From: Planctomycetota bacterium
GTDB taxonomy: Bacteria > Planctomycetota > B15-G4
Direction of reading: 5' to 3'
Length of the DNA stretch: 64,000 bases
Assembly (NCBI GenBank): GCA_038212275.1
Contig: JBBQUR010000009.1
Location: forward strand, 1 to 64,000
In this document: positions 48,831-58,800 of the stretch, one piece after another
How positions within the stretch are numbered: the first letter of the stretch is position 1
Layout: the number at the start of each line of letters is the position of its first letter
Position numbers and translations under genes: made by a program
Notes under the pieces: generated by a model
Told to the model about the DNA's origin: nothing
The model's database searches: none
Seen by the model: only the letters and a program-made list of their open reading frames with translations

Positions 48831-50966
48831 TCAGCCCAGTCCCGCGGGGCCGGCCGTGCGCCGGGTCAGCAGGGTCTGCGCGGCGTCGATGGCCTCGTGC
48901 GTGCCGGTCAGGGCGAGGACGTCGTCGGCGTGCAGGATTTCGTGACCGTCCGGCGCGATGAGCTGGTGGCCGCCGCGCACGATGGCCAGCACGGTGGCGC
49001 CCGTGCGGCCGCGCAGGTCCAGTTCGCTCAGGCTGCGGCCCACGGCTCGCGCTTCGGGGGCAAGCCGCAGCCGTCGCAGCGAGCCGATGCCGGGGAGCGC
49101 GCGTTCCACGTCATCCATCGAGGGTGGCGTGCTTGCGCCCGGCACGTCGAACACGCCGTCGCCGTGCGCGGGAGGCGCCGCTCCAGGGGGCGCGTGCATC
49201 CCGCCCGGCGCCATCGTGAGCGCCTCGACGACCATCTGCGCGCCGGCCACGATGTGCTCCTGCAGGTTGGCCGTCTGTCGCCAGAAGCTGAAGGCCGAGA
49301 CGAGCAGCAACGCCACGAGCACCGGCGCGCCGGAAAGCGCCGGCACGAAGGGCTGCGTCACGGCGAGCAGCGGCACGAGCACGGCGAGCATCACGAGCAG
49401 TTGCACCATGACCAGCAGCGCGCGGCGCGGCGCGTCGGCGAAGTCCGCAAGACCGGGCCGAGCGAGCGGCAGCGCTTCCGTCGCGAGCATGAATCCCAGG
49501 CCGTGGACGCAGCGCACGATGCCGAAGGCGAAGGGCAGGCACGCCAGCGCGGCGGTGACGGGCACGAGCCAGCCCAGCAGCCCGGGGCCGACGGGCACGC
49601 GGCCTGCGAGCCAGGCTTCGACGGGATCGTGCACGACCGACGCGCCGACGACGATGCCCGCGAGCAGCGCCGCGTCGAGGATCATCAGTTGCACGAGGCG
49701 CCGGCCCTGACGCCACACGGCGCTGCGGTGCGCCGGCTCGCGCAGCGTTTCGAGCCACGAGCCGTAGAGCGTCACGAAGGTCTGCACGCGGCGCGGCAGG
49801 CGGCGGTCCACCGCCAGTGCGAAGGGCTCCGCGGCGCGCACCATGAGCGGCGTGAGGAAGATGGTCAGCGCGGCGACGGCCACGGTGATGGGCAGCAGCT
49901 CGCGGCCTACCGAGCCGGTGGAAATGCCCAGTGCCGCGATGAGGAAGGAGAACTCGCCGATCGTCACGAGGCTCATGCCGGTCTGCAGCGCGCCGCGCAC
50001 GCCGGCGCCCGCGAGGAAACTGCCGACGCCCGCGCTCAGAATCTGCCCGCTGACGACGACGCCGGTGAGCAGCAGCACCGCGCCCCAGTGCTCGCCGATG
50101 ACCGTCGGCTCCACGCTCATGCCGACCGACACGAAGAAGACGGCCGCAAAGACGTCGCGCAGCGGCGTGACGAGGCGCAGCACGCGCGCCGGCTCGCCGG
50201 ATTCCGCCACGAGCGAACCAGCGAGGAAGGCGCCGAGCGCGACGGAGTAGCCGGCCCAGTGTGCGAGCAGCGCGAACGCGAAACACAATCCGACGCTCGC
50301 GATGAGCAGCACCTCGGGTTTGTGCTGCGCCACGAGCGCGCGGACGAGCCGCGGCACGATGAGGAAACCGCCGACGACGAGCACCGCGAGGAAGGCCACG
50401 AGCCGCCCGAGCGTGGGCAGCAGCAGGTCCGCGTCCACGCCGCGCCCCTTGCCCAGCGCGGTGAGGCCTGCGAGGAGCAGCACCGCGACGAGGTCCTGCA
50501 CGATGAGCACGCCGTAGACGCGTTCGGCGCGGGCGCCGCCGATTTTCTGGTCGTCGAAGACCTTGATGATGACCATCGTGCTGGGCACGGCCACGATCGC
50601 GCCGACGAACACCGAGCCCAGCACCGGGTAGCCGAGGAGCTGCCCCGCGAGGTAGCCCAACCACAGCATCGTCGAGACCTCGATGAGGCACACGATGCCG
50701 GCGCTGGGCACGAGCTTCGCGAGGCGCCGCACCGAGAATTCCAGCCCGATGCAGAACATCACCAGGATGATGCCCAGCTCCGAGAGCGCGGCCACGCGGC
50801 CCTCGTCGGCGAAAAGCAGGAACTGCGTGTGAGGTCCGACGAGCAGCCCGGCCAGCAGGTAGCCGAGCAGCAGCGGCTGCCGCAGCCAGCGCGTGAGCAG
50901 GCTGGTCGCCGCCGCCACGCAGAGCACGATGGCCAGGTCCTGGATGAGCGGGCTGGAGATCTCCAC
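48831..50966 (-). CDS. CPA2 cation:proton antiporter with C-terminal TrkA-C (RCK) domain
   Basis: GYLLAGLLVGP, GLEFS, LGAFLAG, PLRDVFAAVFFVSVGM and GEFSFLIA motifs; C-terminal VGRSLSELDLRGRTGATVLAIVRG. Confidence 0.92.
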   Translation of the reverse strand: MEISSPLIQDLAIVLCVAAATSLLTRWLRQPLLLGYLLAGLLVGPHTQFLLFADEGRVAALSELGIILVMFCIGLEFSVRRLAKLVPSAGIVCLIEVSTMLWLGYLAGQLLGYPVLGSVFVGAIVAVPSTMVIIKVFDDQKIGGARAERVYGVLIVQDLVAVLLLAGLTALGKGRGVDADLLLPTLGRLVAFLAVLVVGGFLIVPRLVRALVAQHKPEVLLIASVGLCFAFALLAHWAGYSVALGAFLAGSLVAESGEPARVLRLVTPLRDVFAAVFFVSVGMSVEPTVIGEHWGAVLLLTGVVVSGQILSAGVGSFLAGAGVRGALQTGMSLVTIGEFSFLIAALGISTGSVGRELLPITVAVAALTIFLTPLMVRAAEPFALAVDRRLPRRVQTFVTLYGSWLETLREPAHRSAVWRQGRRLVQLMILDAALLAGIVVGASVVHDPVEAWLAGRVPVGPGLLGWLVPVTAALACLPFAFGIVRCVHGLGFMLATEALPLARPGLADFADAPRRALLVMVQLLVMLAVLVPLLAVTQPFVPALSGAPVLVALLLVSAFSFWRQTANLQEHIVAGAQMVVEALTMAPGGMHAPPGAAPPAHGDGVFDVPGASTPPSMDDVERALPGIGSLRRLRLAPEARAVGRSLSELDLRGRTGATVLAIVRGGHQLIAPDGHEILHADDVLALTGTHEAIDAAQTLLTRRTAGPAGLG

Positions 50967-51029
50967 GCATCTCGTTTACCAAACCGGAGCGGGGCGCTTA
51001 TCCTTGTCCACCAACCGGGGGTGAAACTC

Positions 51030-52418
51030 ATGCAGGGCAAGTCGAAACTGCTGGCGCTCGCATTCGGCACCGCAGTCGGGCTCGGCGTCGGCACCGGCGC
51101 GCTGGCGATCGCTGCGCGCGGGCCGTTCGCGCCGCCGCCGCCCGCCGACGAACCGCCGCTCAGCGCGGCACAGCGGGAGGCGCGCTGGAAGCGCGAACGG
51201 GCGGAAGCCTTCGACGCGCTCTGTGTGCGAGTGGACGCCCTGCCGGCGCAACGCCCCTTCGACCGTTCGGCCATGCGACCCGAGCCGCCGATCGCGGCGA
51301 CGGAGGAACTGGCCCTGTTGCTGCGCGAACTGCAGGCGGCCGAGGCTCTCTTCCGGCGCGACATGTCGTGGCAGTGCTGGAATCACAGCCGTGAGCTCGC
51401 GGAGCGCCTCGCGCTTTTCCCTTGGCGCTTCGGGAAGGATCCGCGGGAGGTCGACGGCTGGGCGCCCATCGCCGCGGCCGCGAATCGGCTGCTCGCCGAT
51501 GCGGAGGCCACGCCACCCGCGCTGGCGTTCCACCTGGAAGACAGTTACGCCGCGCTGTTCCGCGCGCAGCTGCTGGATCTGGCCGGGCGCCGCGCCGAGG
51601 CCGACAAGGCGCTCGCCGACGTGCGCGTGCAGGCGTGGTGCGGCAACTGCGCCGCCGAGCGGACGGGCGTCGTGAAGAGTCGGCGCGCGGAAGCCGCCGA
51701 GGCTCACGGCGATCCGGTTCAAGCGCTGAGCCTGCTGGATGACTGCGTCAGCTCATTCTTCGACTCCCACCGGCTGAACATCGGCAACGACATCATGCTC
51801 GCGCGCTACGGGCTGCTCATGCTGCAAGGCGGGCGCGAGGCGGAGGGGCGCTGCGTGCTGCAGCTCGTCGCGGAGCTGCGGCCGGGCACGCCCGGCGCGG
51901 AGGTCGCGCGCGCCGCGCTGCTCCAGATGGGCGCCCTCCGCGAGCCGACGCTGGAGCGCCTGTCCCTTATCTGGATCGACGGCGCCGAGGAACGCGATCC
52001 CTACCGCACGGCCGCCGTGTGCGCGATCGCGTCGCTGCAGATTCCCGACGCCTTCGAGCGCCTCGCGGCACGGCGCAAGGCGGGCGACAAGGCGGCGCTC
52101 GCCGGCCTCATCGCGCTGCACGACGAGCGCACGCGGCCGATCCTCGAGAGCGAGCTGTACGAGGGAGACCTTGGCGCGGCGCAGGCGGCCTTCTCCGGCC
52201 TGCACGCGCTGGATGGCACCGCCGAGTCATACCTGCGGCCGTTTCTCGAGCGCCTCGCCGCGCCGCGTGGTGCGCCCGGCCTGCTCGACATCGGCGCGCT
52301 GGACGAGTCGCTCCGCGCCTTCTGCGGCGACGGCCCGGTCCTGGGCCGGGACGAGCAGTTCAAGGACGCGCCCTTCGCGCAAGCATGGCTCGCCTGGCTG
52401 GCGGAGCAGGGACGGTAG
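51030..52418 (+). CDS. Membrane-anchored or exported helical-repeat (TPR/HEAT-like) hypothetical protein with CxxC
   Basis: Hydrophobic N-terminus; WCGNC motif; all-helical repeat pattern. Confidence 0.6.
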   Translation: MQGKSKLLALAFGTAVGLGVGTGALAIAARGPFAPPPPADEPPLSAAQREARWKRERAEAFDALCVRVDALPAQRPFDRSAMRPEPPIAATEELALLLRELQAAEALFRRDMSWQCWNHSRELAERLALFPWRFGKDPREVDGWAPIAAAANRLLADAEATPPALAFHLEDSYAALFRAQLLDLAGRRAEADKALADVRVQAWCGNCAAERTGVVKSRRAEAAEAHGDPVQALSLLDDCVSSFFDSHRLNIGNDIMLARYGLLMLQGGREAEGRCVLQLVAELRPGTPGAEVARAALLQMGALREPTLERLSLIWIDGAEERDPYRTAAVCAIASLQIPDAFERLAARRKAGDKAALAGLIALHDERTRPILESELYEGDLGAAQAAFSGLHALDGTAESYLRPFLERLAAPRGAPGLLDIGALDESLRAFCGDGPVLGRDEQFKDAPFAQAWLAWLAEQGR

Positions 52419-52645
52419 GCGCAGGCACGCTGGCCCTGACGCTGCTCGGCACGCCGCGTCACGAGGGATGCGCAGGAGCGGGATGGTCCGGGGCACGTGC
52501 CGCGCCGCGAGTGTGCGCGCATCCGTCGATCGTGCATGGCAGAATGTCGCGCCGCACCGCAGGGCACTGCAGGGCGACTCGCCACCGTGCAGCCTTGCCG
52601 CTTCGTATCGTGACAGCTTCGCCTCCACCGGATGACCGCCGGCGC

Positions 52646-53611
52646 ATGACGTCTCCACTCCGCATCGCCAGCTTGCTGCCGTCCGCGACGGAGATGGTCT
52701 GCGCGCTCGGCGCGGAGAGCGAGCTGGTCGGTGTCAGCCACGAGTGCGACTGGCCGCGCAGTGTCATCGGCCGCGCGGTCATCACCACGAGCAAGGTGAA
52801 GGTGCTGGGGAAGAGCGGCGAGATCGACCGCGACGTGCGCGCGCTGCTCAAGGACGCGCTCGCCGTGTACGACATCGACGACAGCGCGCTGGCGGACGCG
52901 GCGCCGGACGTCATCGTCACGCAGGACCTGTGCGACGTGTGCGCCGTCTCCTTCGACGACGTCGTGGCGGCGGCGCGGCGCGTGGCCAGGCCCGACGTGC
53001 GCATCGTCAACCTGCATCCGACGCGGCTCGCGGACATCTGGGCGGACATCCGCAAGGTGGCCGTCGCGCTGGGCCGCGAGGTGGAGGCCGACGCGGTGCT
53101 CGCCGACATGGATCGACGCGTCGAGCACGTGCGCCAGCGCGCCGCGACGTATCTCGCGCGCCGCGGCGCCGCCGCGCCGCCCAACGTGCTGACGCTGGAA
53201 TGGATCGACCCGGCGATGGTGGGCGGCACGTGGATGCCTGAACTCGTCGCGCTGGCGGGCGGCCGCGCGCTCGTCACCGTGCCCGGGCAGCACGCGCCGA
53301 CGCTCACGCGCGCGCAGCTCGCCGCGCTCGATCCCGCGCCGGACGTGGTCGTCATCAAGCCCTGCGGTTTCGAACTGCCGCGCACGCTCAAGGAATCCGA
53401 CGCGCTGGGCGACCTGCTCGGCGGCCTGCCGTGGCCCGCCGTGCGCGAGGGCCGCGTGTGGGTCGCGGACGGCAACGCCTACTTCAACCGCCCGGGTCCG
53501 CGCATCGTGGATTCGCTGGAGATCATGGCCGCCTGCGTGCACCCCGACGTCTTTGCCGACTTCGCCGCGCACTACGCCGGCGCCTTTCGCCGCTTCGGAG
53601 TGCGAGCTTGA
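52646..53611 (+). CDS. BtuF/FatB-like substrate-binding-fold protein (cobalamin-binding-like), no signal peptide
   Basis: RIASLLPSATEMVCALG, VGVSHECDWP, TQDLCDVCAV and DGNAYFNRPGPR motifs. Confidence 0.85.
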   Translation: MTSPLRIASLLPSATEMVCALGAESELVGVSHECDWPRSVIGRAVITTSKVKVLGKSGEIDRDVRALLKDALAVYDIDDSALADAAPDVIVTQDLCDVCAVSFDDVVAAARRVARPDVRIVNLHPTRLADIWADIRKVAVALGREVEADAVLADMDRRVEHVRQRAATYLARRGAAAPPNVLTLEWIDPAMVGGTWMPELVALAGGRALVTVPGQHAPTLTRAQLAALDPAPDVVVIKPCGFELPRTLKESDALGDLLGGLPWPAVREGRVWVADGNAYFNRPGPRIVDSLEIMAACVHPDVFADFAAHYAGAFRRFGVRA

Positions 53612-53661
53612 GCGCCCTGCTGACGACGAGCGGCGACAACGGCCCGGCGCGCCTGACACGT

Positions 53662-55278
53662 GTGATTCCGGCCCTGCTTCTGCTGTCGACGTTGAGCTGT
53701 CACGCAAGCGCGGCGGCGCAGAGTGCAGCCGTCGTGTACGCGACCGGCCCCGACGTGACCGCCGCCGAGATTGCGCGGCACGTGCATGCGCTGGCCGATG
53801 ACGCGATGGCCGGCCGCGCGACCGGTTCCGCGGAGAGTCTCGCCGCGGCTGCATATCTCGAGGGCGTGCTGCGCGATGCGGGCCTGCGCGGCGCCGGAGA
53901 TGGCGGCAGCTTCCTGCAGACCACCGACACGCGCCGCTTCACCAGCGACGGTGTGCCGACCCTCGAATTCTTCACGGTGCAGCGGCCGGCGATGGATGCC
54001 GACCTGATGACTGCTGCCGACGCCGGGGTCGCGCCTTCAGGCATGGCAGCCGTCACGGCGGCACCCGGAGCGGACTTCGCGTATCGATCGGGCGGGCCGG
54101 TCGATGCGACGCTCGCGCTCGTCATCGCAGCCACCGCCGCCGATGTGCCGAAGACGCCGCGCGCCGACGCCGCGCTGTACCTGCCGACCGGCGGCCGCAC
54201 CGCGCGTTCCTGGTTGTCGGCGGCGGGTGCTCCGGACGGCCGGGGCTGGGGGCTGCTGCTTCTCGCCGGCGACGACACGGCCGGCACGCCGGACGAGCAG
54301 CCCGTGACCGGCTTGCTCACGGCGCCCGCCGATCAGCCGCTTCCGCCGACGTCCTTCACCGTGCGCGGGCCCTTGCGCGACCGGCTCGCGGCGGGGGAGT
54401 TTGCCGGTCTGCGCGCCGCGTTGCGCGCTGCCGCGCTGGTCCCTGCCGTAAATGTCGTCGGCGTGCTGGACGGCGCGGGCACGCCGGACCATCCCGAACT
54501 TGCGCGGCAGGCCGTCGTCTTCACCGCGCACTACGACCACCTCGGCGTGGCGCGCAATGCGGACGATGTGGCGCGGCTCGCAGCAGGCGCCGTGCCCGAC
54601 CTCATCTACAACGGCGCGGATGACGACGCGTCGGGCTGCGCGGCGGTGCTCGAACTCGCGCAGGCCTTCGGCGCGGAGGCGCGCGCGGGCCGGCCGCCGG
54701 CGCGCACGCTGGTCTTCCTGCTCGTCACGGGCGAGGAGGTCGGGCTCATCGGCACGCGCTACTACCTGGACCATCCGGTCGTGCCGCTCGCCGAGACGGT
54801 GTGCAACCTCAACTTCGAGATGATCGGAAGGCCCGATGCACTCGTCGGCGGCGCGGGCAAGCTGTGGCTCACGGGCTTCGAACGCAGCAACCTCGGGCCG
54901 GCGTGGGCTGGCGCGGGCCTCGACATCGCGCCGGACGCGCGGCCGGAGGAGCACTTCTTCGAGCGCTCCGACAACATCGCCTTCGTCATGCGCGGCATCG
55001 TCGGCCAGACGCTCTCCAGCTACAACCTGCACGAGGACTACCACCACGTGACCGACGCGCCGGACACGCTGGACTTCCTGCACATGGAGACGGCCGTGCG
55101 CGCCGGACTCGCCGCCGCGCGCACGCTGGCCGACGGCACGCTGACTCCCGCATGGATCGGCCCGCCGCCCGCCCCGCCTGCTCGGCCCGGCGCGCCCGCT
55201 GCACCCGGAGAACCCGCTTCGCCCAGCGCACCCGCTGCAGAGGGCGCGGCAAGCGGCGCGCCGGGAGGGCCGCGATGA
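53662..55278 (+). CDS. M28 family metallopeptidase, exported
   Basis: TAHYDHLG, IYNGADDDASG, TGEEVGLIG, NLNFEMIG, RSDN and HEDYH motifs; start uncertain (TTG 53608 or GTG 53662). Confidence 0.9.
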   Translation: MIPALLLLSTLSCHASAAAQSAAVVYATGPDVTAAEIARHVHALADDAMAGRATGSAESLAAAAYLEGVLRDAGLRGAGDGGSFLQTTDTRRFTSDGVPTLEFFTVQRPAMDADLMTAADAGVAPSGMAAVTAAPGADFAYRSGGPVDATLALVIAATAADVPKTPRADAALYLPTGGRTARSWLSAAGAPDGRGWGLLLLAGDDTAGTPDEQPVTGLLTAPADQPLPPTSFTVRGPLRDRLAAGEFAGLRAALRAAALVPAVNVVGVLDGAGTPDHPELARQAVVFTAHYDHLGVARNADDVARLAAGAVPDLIYNGADDDASGCAAVLELAQAFGAEARAGRPPARTLVFLLVTGEEVGLIGTRYYLDHPVVPLAETVCNLNFEMIGRPDALVGGAGKLWLTGFERSNLGPAWAGAGLDIAPDARPEEHFFERSDNIAFVMRGIVGQTLSSYNLHEDYHHVTDAPDTLDFLHMETAVRAGLAAARTLADGTLTPAWIGPPPAPPARPGAPAAPGEPASPSAPAAEGAASGAPGGPR

Positions 55279-55820
55279 AGGCCCACATCCACATGATCGA
55301 CGAGGGCGATGCCGACGATGAGCTGAAGCGGCTGTATCGCGAGGCGGCCGGCGCGCCCGGTGCGGCGGTCGACAACATCCTCAAGATCCATTCGCTGGAC
55401 CCCGCGGGCCTGCGCGCGCACCTCGCGCTGTATCGCTCCGCGATGACCGGCACGCCGGGGCTGCCCAAGCTGGAGCGCGAGATGATCGCGCTGGTCGTCA
55501 GCTCCGTGAACGGGTGCCGATACTGAATGGTGCATCACCGGCGCGGTCTGCGCCGACTCGCCCGCAACGATGCGCTGGTGGCGCGCCTCGAGGCCGATCA
55601 CGCCACGGCGGGCCTCGACCCGCGGCAGCGGGCGATCCTCGACTACGCGGTCAAGTTGACGAAGACGCCCGGCGCCGTGCTGGCCGCCGACGTGCAGCGG
55701 CTGCGCGACGCGGGCCTTTCGGACGCCGATATCCTCGGCGTCGCCGAAGTCACCGGATACTACGCGTACGTGAACCGGATCGCGTCGGGGCTCGGCGTGC
55801 CGCTGGAAGGCGAGAGCTGA
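55275..55820 (+). CDS. AhpD/carboxymuconolactone-decarboxylase-like peroxidase-related enzyme, probable selenoprotein (CxxU)
   Basis: EREMIALVVSSVNGCRY-TGA-MVHH continues in frame into a normal AhpD-like C-terminal half (AILDYAVKLT.TP...YAYVNRIASGLG); SECIS-like hairpin follows the TGA at 55524-55526. Confidence 0.85.
55527..55555 (+). promoter_or_regulatory. Bacterial SECIS-like element
   Basis: Stem CGGCGC/GCGCCG (55539-55555) with GGTCT loop starting 19 nt after the TGA; resembles the E. coli fdhF apical GCAGGUCUGC. Confidence 0.7.
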
Positions 55821-55883
55821 GCAACCTGTCGCGCGAGCGGCGCGCGGCTGAACGGCCGGCCCTCGATCGCTACCGTGGCGGCA

Positions 55884-58800
55884 ATGTCCGAGAGCCAGCC
55901 ACCGCTGCCGCCTGAGCGCGCGCCGACCGAAGCCGCCTCGCCGGAGCTGCGGCCGCCGAGGCGTGGCTCGCTGCTGCGGCGCACGCTGGGTCTGCTGCTG
56001 CTCGTGCTCGTGCTGGCCGTGGCGGCGGTCCTCACCTTCGCCGACCGGCTGCTGCTGCCGTGGTTGCTGCCCGTGGCCCAGGCCGAGGCGCGCGCGCACG
56101 GCCTGCAACTCGAGGTCGCGCGCCTCGCGGGGAGCTTGACGTCCACGATCGTGCTGCAGGACGTGCGCGTGACGACGCGCGATCCCTCGCTGCCCGCCGC
56201 AGAGCTGCTGGTGCCGGAGCTGGAGTTGCACTGGTCGCCGTGGCGCGCGCTGATCGGCGCGGCCGAACCGCTGCATGGCCTGCACCTGCACGGCGGCACG
56301 CTGCACCTGGACCTGACGCGCGACGGCGACGCCGATGCGCCGGGCGCGGCGTGGGAAGCCGGCACGCTGGCGCGGCTCGGGCAGCAGCTCGACCTGCTGC
56401 CGGCGCTTTCCGTCGACGACCTGCGCGTGGACTTGCGCGCGCCGTCGGGCGGGCTGCTGGACGCGCCCGAGCTGGTCGCACGCGCCACGCTCTTCGTGGA
56501 CGGCCGGCGCGTCGAACTGCGCGACGGCCGCGTCGACGGAGACGGTCCCGAGGGTCGCCTGCCCGAGGGCCTGCAGCTGCTCGCGCCGCTGCGCCTCGAC
56601 CTCTCGCGACTGGACCGGGACGAACTGCCTTTCGAGCTGGAAGTCGCCGCGGGAGGCGGCGTGCTGTCCGCGCAGGGCAGCGTGAAGGGCGACACGCTTG
56701 CCAGTGACGTCACCGCGCAAGGCGTCGCCCTGGAGGCGGTGTGGCGCGCGGTGCAGGGCGCAGGCGGCGAGCCGTCACCGCTGTCAGGGCCGCTGCTCCT
56801 CGAGGGCGAGCTGCGCGTGCCGCTCGGCGCCGGCGTCGCACTTCCCGGCGCCGTCAGCGCCGACGCCGAGCCGGTGCCGCAGGCGACCGCGACGGCGCAC
56901 GTCACGCTGGGAGCGTTCCGCGCGTGGGGCTTGTCGCTGGACGGCGCCACGGGCGCGCTGTCCTGGCGCGACGGCGCGCTGCACGCGGAGGACGTGCAGC
57001 TCACGCAGCACGGCAATCGCGTGCTCGTGGAACAGGCCGACCTGCCCGCCGGCGCGGACTGGCAGGCGCTGGCGCTGCAACTGAACGTGGCCATCGACGA
57101 CGTGCCCGCCCTGCTCGCCTCGTTGCGCGCCGCGGAGCTGCTGCCGGACCTGCCGGAGTCGCACGCCTGGGAGCTTGCCCGGCAGTTCGGGGCGCAGGTC
57201 GTCGCGCGTGCGCACAGCCTCACGCTGCACGCCGCGCTGCGGGACGGCACGGCGAGCGTGACCGACGCCGTGTTCCGCACCGCGGGCGGCTCGCTGTCCG
57301 TGCCGAGGGCCTCGCTGGATCTGTCCGCGCCGGATCTCGCTGCGGCAGCCATGGGCGTGCGCCTCGATGCGGAGTTCACGGACCTCGCGCCGCTGGGCGC
57401 GCTGCTCGGCGAGCGGCTGTTTCCGGGGGCGCGCTCGGCGCAGTGGGCCGGCGCGCTCACCGCGCACCTGGATCTCGCCGGCAGCATTGCGCAGCCCGTC
57501 GCGCAGCTGCAGGTCGACGGGCGCGAGCTGCTCGTCGCTGGCTGGCCGCTCGGTGTCGTGACGCTGAAGGCCAGCGCCGATGCGCGCGAGCTGACGGTCG
57601 CCGCCTTCGATGTGGAGGCCGGCGCCTCGCACGTGTCGGCGCAGGGTGCGCTGGACCTGGCGTCGCTGGGTCTGCGTGGCGTGCGCGTGCAGGTGAACGT
57701 TCCGGATCTCGCAGCGGCGCTTCCGGACTCGGGCGTGCGCGGGGCGCTCGATGCCCGCGGAGAACTGGACGGCCCGCTCGTGCTGCCGCTCGGCAGTCTC
57801 GAGCTGCACGTCAGCAAGCTTTTCGCGCACGGTGTGGCGGTGGATGACCTGCAGCTTGCGGCGACGCGCACGCCCGGGGTGCTCGGCGTGCAGCGCGCTC
57901 TGCTGCAGGCGCCGTGGGGCACGCTGGAGGCGGCCGGCTCGCTGAACTTCGACGAGGCGGACGACGGCTCCTTCGATGCGTGGCCTGACCGGTTGACGTC
58001 GCTCTCGCTCGATCGGCTGGTGCTCTCGCGCGGCACGCTGGACCTCTCGCTCGCCGAACCGGCGACGCTGCGGCGCGTCACGGGCGCGGCGAGGGCCGAC
58101 GAGGCGGGGCCCGGTCTCGGCGTGTGGAGCGGCGGGCCGCTCCAGTTCGCGGGCAGCGCGGGCGTGCTGCATGCGACGCTGCTCGCGGCGCCATCGGCCA
58201 CGGGCGTCGGCACGCTGCAGCGCGTGCAACTCGTCGCGGAGCGCCTGCAGCCGCTGCTGCCGCTGCCCGCGGACAGCAGCGTGGAGACCTTCGACGGAGA
58301 TCTGGACGTCGTCTTCGGCGCCGAGGAACTCGCCGTCTCGGGCACGCTGCGCGGGCTGGGTCTTGCGCTGGCTCTCGGGCCCGGTGCCGTCGGCGCGGAG
58401 CAGGGCGGCGCCGACGAGGTCGCGCCGGGCGCTGCGGCTGCCGGCGCAGGCAGAGCGGACTCCCGCGTCGGCGTCCGCGGCGACGTCACCGCGTGGTTGC
58501 GCGTCACGGGCACGCTGTCCGCGCCGCGCGGCGAGGTGGAGATCTCCGGGCGTCGCGTCGTGGTCACCGCGCCGGGCCGGCTGGCGGCTGAGGGTTTCGG
58601 GCCGTGCACGCTGGATGCGCACGTCACGCTGGACGAACAGCTCGTCATCGACTGGCTGCACGTGGACTCGCCGCACCAGGTGCACCTCGACGCGCACGGC
58701 ACGATGGAAAGACCATCAGGCGATCTCGCGCAGCTTGCGCAAACGCCCGTGCACATGACGGTCAGCGTGTCGGCCGGGGAACTCGACCGGCTCTCGCAGC

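Noticed and set aside
55527..55820. Separate 97-aa gene or nonsense pseudogene
   Set aside because: Better explained as the C-terminal half of a Sec-containing protein, given the CxxU position and SECIS-like hairpin
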